Positions 26,984 to 35,015 of a stretch of 64,000 nucleotides of DNA are shown here, piece by piece. Each line of letters begins with the position of its first letter. Position 1 is the first letter of the stretch. The DNA is from Terriglobia bacterium (GTDB taxonomy: Bacteria > Acidobacteriota > Terriglobia > Acidiferrales > UBA7541): contig JAWOLO010000211.1 in NCBI GenBank assembly GCA_033853375.1, positions 266 through 64,265 on the forward strand, in the 5' to 3' direction. The notes beneath the pieces were generated by a model. The model had not been told where the DNA came from, made no database searches, and saw only the letters and a program-made list of their open reading frames with translations. The position numbers and the translations under genes are program-made.

Positions 26984-28681
26984 TTACAAATAAGATGGAT
27001 AAACCGGCGCCCATTGTGAGGAGATAATCGCATTGCGCAAAGACTCCGGAGGAGTCTTGAGGCATAAGCCTTCCCGCTGCGCCTGCTCTCCAGCCGCAAA
27101 CGCAATTTCGACGGCAGCCCGGCGAAGTCCGGTCAACGCAGGCAACAAAGGCGCGGACGGGTCCGCTAGCGCAGGAGAATGCTTGGCTAGCGCTCGCGCT
27201 GCGGCAAGAAACATACCATCCGTGACGCGCCGCGCATGCGTTGCCGAAACCGCCAGCCCCATAGCGGGAAAGATAAATACGTTGTTGCATTGCGAGATCC
27301 GCATCTTGCGGCCTTTAAACTCGACGTCTGGGAATGGGGAGCCCGTGGCGATCAGCGCGCGGCCGTCCGTCCAGCGAAGCAGGTCTTCGGGAACCGCTTC
27401 CGATTTAGAAGTGGGATTGGAAAGCGGTAGGATGATTGGCCGCTGACACTTACGCGCCATTTCACGAACGATGGACTCGCTAAACGCGCCCGGGAGCGTG
27501 GACAAGCCGATGAGAATCGTCGCATCTATCTTGTGTATTACATCACTCAATCCGATCCGGTGGCCTTCCAGCGTGTGCGTGAAATTCGTTAACACATCCG
27601 CGGGCTGCGCATACTGGCGCTGTTCTTCGGACAAATCGGTGCGCCCGGAATGCAGTAGCCCACCGCTATTAATTACCCAGAAGCGCAGGCGTGCCTCCGC
27701 CTCGGACAAACCATCGGCAACAAATGCTTCGCGCAGCATATCGGCGACGCCGATGCCCGCCGAGCCCGCACCCAGCATCACCACCTGCTGATCGCTCAGC
27801 CGTCGCTCAGAAGCGCGTACGGCAGAGAAAATCGCTCCCGCTGTGACAGCTGCCGTGCCTTGAATGTCATCGTTAAAAGTAACGAGCTGGTCGCGATAAC
27901 GGTCCAAGATCGGACGCGCGTGCGCCTTGGAAAAGTCTTCCCACTGCAGGAGCGTGTCGGGTAACTCCCTTTTCACTGCGCGCACAAAGCGATCGATGAA
28001 GTCATAATATTCGTCGCCGGTGATGCGTTTGTGCCGCCATCCAAGATATTCCGGATCCGCGAGCCGATGCTCGTTGTTGGTTCCCACGTCCAGGATAATG
28101 GGCAAAGTTTGCGCGGGCGGAACGCCGCCAATCAGCGTATACAGCGACAGCTTGCCAATGGGTATCCCGAGCCCGCCGACTCCCTGATCGCCGATTCCGA
28201 GAATGCGTTCCCCATCCGTGACTACAATCACACTCACTTCTTGATTGGGCCGATTGCGTAGCAGCCCTTCAATTTGGTCTCGAAGCGGATACGAGATAAT
28301 CAGTCCGCGAGGACGGCGGTAAATGTGACTGAATTCCTGGCACGCTTCCGCTACGACCGGGGTATAGACGATCGGCAACATCTCTTCGATGTGATCCAAA
28401 AGCAGGCGGTAAAACAGAACTTCGTTGGTGTCCTGGAGTTGGCGTAGATAAATGTGACGCTCCAAGTCGTCCGGCTTGCGAAGGTAAGCTTTGTAGGCGC
28501 GAAAAGATTGTTCTTCGATCGTTTCGACCGCAGGAGGAAGGAGCCCGTCCAAACCCAAAGCTTGGCGCTCAAGCAAAGTGAAGGCCGTGCCTTTGTTTAA
28601 CGAAGGCGTTTCTAAGAGGGCGCGCCCCCGGAGATTCGAATCAAGACGAGTGGGCACTCGGGGATTATAGGTAACGGCCAT
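26984..28681 (-). CDS. maeA: NAD-dependent malic enzyme
   Basis: NKGTAF, TDGERILGIGD, FNDDIQGT, GAGSAG, LSNPT and QCNN motifs. Confidence 0.93.
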   Translation of the reverse strand: MAVTYNPRVPTRLDSNLRGRALLETPSLNKGTAFTLLERQALGLDGLLPPAVETIEEQSFRAYKAYLRKPDDLERHIYLRQLQDTNEVLFYRLLLDHIEEMLPIVYTPVVAEACQEFSHIYRRPRGLIISYPLRDQIEGLLRNRPNQEVSVIVVTDGERILGIGDQGVGGLGIPIGKLSLYTLIGGVPPAQTLPIILDVGTNNEHRLADPEYLGWRHKRITGDEYYDFIDRFVRAVKRELPDTLLQWEDFSKAHARPILDRYRDQLVTFNDDIQGTAAVTAGAIFSAVRASERRLSDQQVVMLGAGSAGIGVADMLREAFVADGLSEAEARLRFWVINSGGLLHSGRTDLSEEQRQYAQPADVLTNFTHTLEGHRIGLSDVIHKIDATILIGLSTLPGAFSESIVREMARKCQRPIILPLSNPTSKSEAVPEDLLRWTDGRALIATGSPFPDVEFKGRKMRISQCNNVFIFPAMGLAVSATHARRVTDGMFLAAARALAKHSPALADPSAPLLPALTGLRRAAVEIAFAAGEQAQREGLCLKTPPESLRNAIISSQWAPVYPSYL

Positions 28682-28957
28682 AGAACCTCCAAGGGTATAG
28701 AGGAAACGCACAACCACTTGAGGCTCGAAAGGAAGGAGCGCGCAGCAATCCACGTGCTGCTACAAGGAATTGTACCATACCTCGTTTGAGTGAGATTCCG
28801 CCTCGTTTCACACGGCCTTGCAATGGTAAGGGCAGAAAACTACTTCTAAAGGAAGCCTTCGAAGTGGGATAATAGCCCCGCAAGTTTCTTGCGCTCGTAT
28901 CCTTCGAGTAAACCAAAGCCTGCATAGACGGACTTCGCCCTCTGTTACGAGGTGCTC

Positions 28958-30319
28958 ATGGGACAAGCGCTGGACGTTCATCGGCTCCACTTCGCCTTCA
29001 CGGTCACATTTCATTACATCTTTCCGCAACTCACCATGGGCCTCGCGCTTCTACTCGTCTATCTGAAAACCAAGGCGCTGCGCACCGGCGATGAACATTA
29101 CAACCGTGCTGCGCGCTTCTGGGCCCGCATCTTCGGAATCAACTTTGCTCTCGGCGTTGTAACCGGTATTCCTATGGAATTTCAGTTCGGCACGAACTGG
29201 GCCGCGTTTTCGAAAGCTGCGGGAGGCGTCATCGGCCAAACGCTGGCCATGGAAGGCGTGTTTTCCTTCTTTCTGGAGTCGAGCTTCCTTGGCTTGTTTC
29301 TTTTTGGCGAAAAACGGTTGGGGCGCATCGGGCACTGGTGGTCCGGATTCCTCGTTTTTCTAGGTTCGTGGCTCTCCGGCTATTTGATCGTGGCAACCGA
29401 CGCGTGGATGCAGCATCCGGCAGGCTACCGGCTCGGGCCAGGCGGCGAAATTGAGCTTTCCAGTTTCTGGGGCCTGGTGCTGAACAAATGGGCGGTGTGG
29501 CAGTACGCGCACAACATGCTCGGCGCGGTGCAAACGGGCTGCTTCGTGATGGCCGCTGTCGGAGCCTTTTATTTGCTCACAAAGCGTGACGAAAATTACG
29601 GGCGCACTTTCGTTCGGACGGGAGTCCTCGTCGGAATCGTCGCCGCGCTGCTCCAGCTCTTCCCCACCGGAGACATGCAGGGAAAAATGATTGCGTACAA
29701 CCAACCCCCGACGCTTGCCGCGATGGAGGGATTGTTCCAATCGCAACAAGGAGCGCCGCTTGCGATTCTTGGCCAGCCGGATGTGGAAAGGCGGAGGCTC
29801 GACAATCCTCTTGAAATGCCGAACATGCTCAGTTTCCTCACTTATCGGCAATGGCGTGCTGACGTGAAAGGCCTGTCGGAGTTCCCTCAGACAGCCTGGC
29901 CGGACCAGATTCCGCTCCTTTACTACAGCTATCACGTGATGGTTGGATTGGGCACGATTTTCATCGCGGTCATGGTGGTTGCCGCGATTCTACTCTGGCG
30001 CGGCAAACTGTACAGCTCGCAATGGATGCTGTGGATCCTTATGATTTGCGTTCCCCTGCCTTATATCGCCAACACCGCCGGCTGGATGACTGCGGAGTTG
30101 GGGCGGCAGCCTTGGCTGATCTATGGTCTGATGCGCACCGCCGAGGGCGTCTCGCCGCGCGTGGCCGCGGGCAATGCCTGGTTCACGCTCATCGGCTTCA
30201 TGGGCATGTACGCGGTGCTCTCGATTCTATGGTTGTTTCTAATTTATCGCGAGATCGAGCTGGGGCCCGAACCCGGTGCCAACGGTCGCGGCCATGGAGT
30301 TGCCGTGACGGCGGATTGA
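28958..30319 (+). CDS. cydA: Cytochrome bd ubiquinol oxidase subunit I
   Basis: FHYIF, GVVTGIPMEFQFGTNW, AAMEG, HVMVG and ELGRQPW motifs. Confidence 0.96.
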   Translation: MGQALDVHRLHFAFTVTFHYIFPQLTMGLALLLVYLKTKALRTGDEHYNRAARFWARIFGINFALGVVTGIPMEFQFGTNWAAFSKAAGGVIGQTLAMEGVFSFFLESSFLGLFLFGEKRLGRIGHWWSGFLVFLGSWLSGYLIVATDAWMQHPAGYRLGPGGEIELSSFWGLVLNKWAVWQYAHNMLGAVQTGCFVMAAVGAFYLLTKRDENYGRTFVRTGVLVGIVAALLQLFPTGDMQGKMIAYNQPPTLAAMEGLFQSQQGAPLAILGQPDVERRRLDNPLEMPNMLSFLTYRQWRADVKGLSEFPQTAWPDQIPLLYYSYHVMVGLGTIFIAVMVVAAILLWRGKLYSSQWMLWILMICVPLPYIANTAGWMTAELGRQPWLIYGLMRTAEGVSPRVAAGNAWFTLIGFMGMYAVLSILWLFLIYREIELGPEPGANGRGHGVAVTAD

Positions 30320-30329
30320 GGAGATAGCC

Positions 30330-31379
30330 ATGGAAACGATTTGGTTCTGCCTGGTCGCGATCATGATCGCGGTTTACGTGCTGCTGGATGGGTTCGATCT
30401 CGGCGCCGGAGCCATTCATCTTTTCGTGGCAAAAACCGACGAAGAACGGCGGCAGATTCTCGCCAGCATCGGTCCGGTGTGGGACGGCAACGAAGTCTGG
30501 CTCCTGGCAGCGGGTGGCACGCTGTATTTTGCTTTTCCAGCCCTGTATGCGAGCGGTTTCAGCGGATTTTATCTTCCGCTGATGATCGTGCTATGGCTGC
30601 TGATTCTGCGCGGTTCGTCGATTGAATTCCGGAATCATATCAAGAGCGCCGTTTGGGATCCGCTCTGGGATTTTCTCTTCTGCGGCTCGAGTTTGCTGCT
30701 CGCCGTCTTTTTTGGAGCTGCGCTCGGCAATGTGGTTCGCGGTGTGCCGCTGGATTCTAGCGGCTATTTCTTCGAGCCACTCTGGACCAACTTCCGCCTT
30801 GGCGATGAGACCGGCATTCTGGACTGGTACACAATTCTCGTCGGCGTTTTGGCCTTGCTCGCTCTCATGATGCACGGCGGGCTCTGGGTGCAGATGAAAA
30901 CGAGCGGCGATGTAAGTTCACGCGCTGGAAAATTAGCCGCCCAGAGCTGGTGGGGCGTGCTCGCGCTGACCGCGATGGTCACCGCCGTAACTTTTCGCGT
31001 GCAGCCTCAGGTTCTGGAAAACTTTTCCACTTGGCCATGGGGCCTGATCTTTCCTTTGCTCGCCGTCGCCGGGCTGGCGGGCGTTCTCTTTGAATTGCGC
31101 AGGCGCGACGAACGCAAGGCGTTCCTCGCTTCCTGCGCCTATTTGACCGGCATGCTAACCAGTGTAGTCTTCGGTGTTTATCCCATGGTGCTGCCCGCGC
31201 GCAATCCCCTGTTCTCGTTGACGATAAGCAACGCCAAAGCAGGAAACTATGGCCTGAAGATCGGGCTCGTCTGGTGGGTCCTCGGCATGATTCTCGCCGC
31301 AGGCTATTTCACCTACGTCTACCGTTCCTTCGCCGGCAAAGTGACCGTCGACAAGGATTTCCACGGCTACGGCGGCTAG
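30330..31379 (+). CDS. cydB: Cytochrome bd oxidase subunit II
   Basis: LDGFDLGAG and GPVWDGNEVWL motifs. Confidence 0.96.
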   Translation: METIWFCLVAIMIAVYVLLDGFDLGAGAIHLFVAKTDEERRQILASIGPVWDGNEVWLLAAGGTLYFAFPALYASGFSGFYLPLMIVLWLLILRGSSIEFRNHIKSAVWDPLWDFLFCGSSLLLAVFFGAALGNVVRGVPLDSSGYFFEPLWTNFRLGDETGILDWYTILVGVLALLALMMHGGLWVQMKTSGDVSSRAGKLAAQSWWGVLALTAMVTAVTFRVQPQVLENFSTWPWGLIFPLLAVAGLAGVLFELRRRDERKAFLASCAYLTGMLTSVVFGVYPMVLPARNPLFSLTISNAKAGNYGLKIGLVWWVLGMILAAGYFTYVYRSFAGKVTVDKDFHGYGG

Positions 31380-31504
31380 CAACCACAGGCAGAGAGCCAA
31401 ACTAATATGTCTGTCCTGGAACGCACCGGGCCTCTGCGTGAATCCCATGTACACAGACAGTGACCTTGACCCAAAACGCGTGATTCCTCCATGGGAGCAC
31501 CAAG

Positions 31505-31735
31505 GTGGCAATCCTGAATATCACAAACTTCCCCGACGCCCTGTACAGAAAGCTTCAGGCTCGGGGCAAGCGCCAACATCGATCGATTGCGCAGGAGGTG
31601 ACCCACCTTCTTAGCAATGCCCTCGAAGCGCCGAAGCCTCTGTCCATCCTCGATCTCAAAGGCTTGGGCAAAGCGCATTGGAAAGCAGTCGACGCGGCGA
31701 AACATATTGAGCGCGAACGAAGCCCATGGGATTGA
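31505..31735 (+). CDS. FitA-like ribbon-helix-helix antitoxin
   Basis: LNITNFPDALYRKL...HRSIAQEV; overlaps the PIN gene start. Confidence 0.8.
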   Translation: MAILNITNFPDALYRKLQARGKRQHRSIAQEVTHLLSNALEAPKPLSILDLKGLGKAHWKAVDAAKHIERERSPWD

Positions 31736-32167
31736 TTGGCCGATCTCGGCCGCGGTTCCGTAGGCGTGGACACGGTTATCTTCATCTACCTCATCGAAGA
31801 ACACCCTCGCTTTCTTCCGCTGATCGAGCGCGTTTTAGGGAAGCCGACAAAGGGGGCAAGGAGTTAATCACGTCGGCGCTTACTCTGTTGGAAGTTTTGG
31901 TTGTTCCTTGCTGCTCCGGAGACCATCTTTTGGCCGAGCGTTATGAATCCCTTCTCACGCATAGTCGCGGCGTCCGGCTCGCGGGGATTTCGCGCGATCA
32001 TCTGCGTGCTTCTGCACAGCTAAGAGCGGCATCCGGAGCCAAGACGCCAGACGCCCTTCAGCTCGTTGCTGCATTTAGGAGCTGGCTGCACCACTTTCCT
32101 CACAAACGATAGGAAGCTCCCGGCTCTGCGCGGCCTCCGTATCTTGCAACTGGCATCTTACGTTTGA
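31726..32167 (+). pseudogene. VapC/PIN-domain toxin with three frameshifts
   Basis: VDTVIFIYLIE, TSALTLLEVL...TPDALQL and FLTNDRKL are split between reading frames. Confidence 0.85.
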
Positions 32168-32429
32168 CGAACGAAACCCGACCTGACACTCAGGTCCGGT
32201 ATCGAGTCCGAAACACTGGTACTGCAGTAGCGTTGACCCTCAGAAATTCCGCTGGGTACTGTTCGGAATAGGGCGCCCGGGTGTCCGCGGACGTATGTCC
32301 GCAAACGAACGTCAGGCGAAAGAAAATACCAGCATAGGCCTTGGCCCTCTCTGACGGCGCGCATTTGCCCGGCCCAATTTGGGGATTTTTGGAAGGCGCT
32401 GCATTTGCGAAACCAGCGCCTGCTTGCAG

Positions 32430-34736
32430 ATGGAAACGGTAGCAAAAGCCGGAAGATACGAGATCGTCGGCGAACTTGGCCGCGGCGCCATGGGCATCGT
32501 GTACAAGGCCGTCGATCCGGTCATTGGCCGCACCGTCGCTGTAAAAACCATCCGCCTCAGCGAAGAAGGCACCGGACTCAAGCGCGCGGAACTCCTAGCG
32601 CGGTTCCAAACCGAAGCGCGCGCTGCCGGCTTGCTCACGCATCCCAACATTGTCGTTGTTTACGACGCCGGCGAAGAAGACGGCCTGTACTACATCACCA
32701 TGGAATTGGTGGAGGGCAAGAGTCTGCAAGCCCTCCTCGACGGCGGGCACTCTTTCCCTTTGCCGCGCACGCTGCGCATCATGGACCAGACGTGCAGCGC
32801 GCTGCAATTTGCCCATGAACGCAACGTCGTTCACCGCGACATCAAGCCCGCGAACTTAATGCTGACTGCCGACGACACGGTCAAAATCACCGACTTCGGC
32901 ACCGCTAAAATTCTTCAGTTCGGCAGCACCCAGCAAACCTCCCACGTCATGGGCACGCCAAGTTATATGTCTCCCGAGCAGGTGAAAGGGCGCGCCGTGG
33001 ACGGGCGCAGCGACATTTTTTCACTCGGCGTCATGCTCTATGAAATGGTGACAGCCGAAAAGCCTTTTCCGGGCCAGAACATCACCACGGTCATCTATAA
33101 AATTGTCAACGAGGATCCCGTTCCGCCGCGCCAGATTGATCCCTCGATTCATCCCGGCATTAGCGCCGTGGTGATGAAAGCGCTTGCCAAAGAACCGGAA
33201 CAGCGCTACCAGAGTTGCCGCGAAATGCTGGAGGATTTGCGCAATTACCGCGCGCAGGGTACTGCCGGAAGCAATCCCAATGCGACGATGGTGATGGGCG
33301 GCTCTCCGGCTGCAACCCTGGCGTCCAGCAATGTGGGGGGCCACGGATTAGCAGGGCACGGCCTTCCAGGATCTGGCATTGGGAGCGACGATCCCACCGT
33401 CATTGCGACGGCTCGCTCTCTAAGCGCGCGGGCCGCGTCGCCGGGACATACCCCAGTCGTGCGTCGCACGGGAAGTATTGCATCTCCCGCTATCGAGCCG
33501 CCGAAGAAGAAGAGCGTAGTGGGTACGATTTTCGCGGCATTGCTGCTTCTCGGCGTCATCGTCTACGGCGCGAACAAAATCAAACCGGTTTTCCAAGCCG
33601 CGCGCGCTCTGCATGACGCACAGGCAAAAGAATCCCGTTCATCCCCTTCTGCGACACCCACGACGGAAGCGGCTACTGATAGTTCCGCCTCAAACTCCGG
33701 CGCAAGCGATGCCGCTCAGGGTGCTAATGAGGCCGCCACGGGAGCCCCTGATGCGGCTGAACCGAAATCCACAGACCCCGCTCCCGAGAAAGCCACATCA
33801 AAGAAACTGGACAACGGCCTAGGTTTCCAAGCAGCCGAATACAAAGGTCGCATCGAAGAAGCCATCTCCGAGAAGGGATTTGCCGGGCGCGCAAAAGTTC
33901 AGGGTACGGGCAACACTTTGACCCTGGTCGGCAAACTTCGTCCTTCCGAGCATGGCGAACTCTTGAAATTCCTGCGGAATGCGCCGGCGAGCGTGCACGT
34001 CATCGATCATATCGAGTACGACGACACCGCTGTGAGCGCGGCGGGCGGTTCCGACGACAGCAGCCATCCTGTTCCCGCAGCAGGCCGCGGCGCGATTCAC
34101 GTGATAACCGACGTGATCGGCGCGACTGCCACTCTCCATGGGCCGGCTGGCCATGTTCTGAGCAAATGCGAGACGCCCTGTAGCTTCAACAATCTCAGGC
34201 CGGAACGCTACAGCCTGGAAGTGCAAAAGGAAGGTTACCAGCCCCTGCAAACGGCGCTGCAGATCAAGGGAGGCGAAGCACAGGACCAGAAGCTGAAGCT
34301 CGAACCCCTTGCCAAGGGCATCTTCATTAGCACAGATCCGCCAGGGGCCGACGTGTTCATCAACGGCGCGAAGCAGTCCGGTCAGACTCCCGTCACATTG
34401 CCCCTCGCCCCCGGCCAGTACAATCTGGTGTTGCGCCTGTCCGGCTACGAAGCCTACTCGGGGAACATCCAGGTAACTGACATACAGACGAAACTCAATG
34501 TTTCCCTGACGGAAAGATCGGCCACGCGCGTGGCTTGGGCGCAAGTCAACAGCAATCCCAAAGGCGCGGAAATCATCGTGGATGGCAATTCCACCGGGCA
34601 GTTCACACCTTCTCGAATTCAAGTGCCTTCGGGTCTGCATACGGTCACCCTGAAGCTTAGTGGCTATCAATTCGCAAAGCGAACATTCCAAGCCAGCGAA
34701 GGCGGCACGGTCACCATCGACGTGCCCTTGAAGTAG
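32430..34736 (+). CDS. Hanks-type Ser/Thr kinase, TM, extracytoplasmic BON-like and three PEGA domains
   Basis: GRGAMG, HRDIKPAN, DFG and GTPSYMSPEQ motifs; PEGA STDPPGADVFING. Confidence 0.95.
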   Translation: METVAKAGRYEIVGELGRGAMGIVYKAVDPVIGRTVAVKTIRLSEEGTGLKRAELLARFQTEARAAGLLTHPNIVVVYDAGEEDGLYYITMELVEGKSLQALLDGGHSFPLPRTLRIMDQTCSALQFAHERNVVHRDIKPANLMLTADDTVKITDFGTAKILQFGSTQQTSHVMGTPSYMSPEQVKGRAVDGRSDIFSLGVMLYEMVTAEKPFPGQNITTVIYKIVNEDPVPPRQIDPSIHPGISAVVMKALAKEPEQRYQSCREMLEDLRNYRAQGTAGSNPNATMVMGGSPAATLASSNVGGHGLAGHGLPGSGIGSDDPTVIATARSLSARAASPGHTPVVRRTGSIASPAIEPPKKKSVVGTIFAALLLLGVIVYGANKIKPVFQAARALHDAQAKESRSSPSATPTTEAATDSSASNSGASDAAQGANEAATGAPDAAEPKSTDPAPEKATSKKLDNGLGFQAAEYKGRIEEAISEKGFAGRAKVQGTGNTLTLVGKLRPSEHGELLKFLRNAPASVHVIDHIEYDDTAVSAAGGSDDSSHPVPAAGRGAIHVITDVIGATATLHGPAGHVLSKCETPCSFNNLRPERYSLEVQKEGYQPLQTALQIKGGEAQDQKLKLEPLAKGIFISTDPPGADVFINGAKQSGQTPVTLPLAPGQYNLVLRLSGYEAYSGNIQVTDIQTKLNVSLTERSATRVAWAQVNSNPKGAEIIVDGNSTGQFTPSRIQVPSGLHTVTLKLSGYQFAKRTFQASEGGTVTIDVPLK

Positions 34737-34809
34737 TGAAGACGGCATCGTCGCCCCGCGCAAAGTCTATCAGTTAAGGAAAAATATTCTCAGAGCGCTC
34801 TACCGAAAG

Positions 34810-34826
34810 CGTAACAATTTGTTACG
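34810..34826. promoter_or_regulatory. Perfect 8-1-8 palindrome (candidate operator)
   Basis: CGTAACAA-T-TTGTTACG. Confidence 0.45.
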
Positions 34827-35015
34827 TCGTATCGCACTTTAGTCCTTCGAGTGCAAGCCTTCTCGCAGAATCTAAAAGACTTATCTTACGCCCCCCAGGG
34901 ATGCCCAGTTGCATGTCTATTATGTTGGGACTGTCTGGCTTCTCGGGGTGAACCATATGTCAGTTCTATCAACGGGACTGAAGCCAGCAACTTCGGAGTA
35001 TTCTAGGAGAGATCT

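Noticed and set aside
31380-31504. Possible cydX/cydS small ORF after cydB
   Set aside because: The short ORF seen (MSVLERTGPLRESHVHRQ) is hydrophilic with no TM helix
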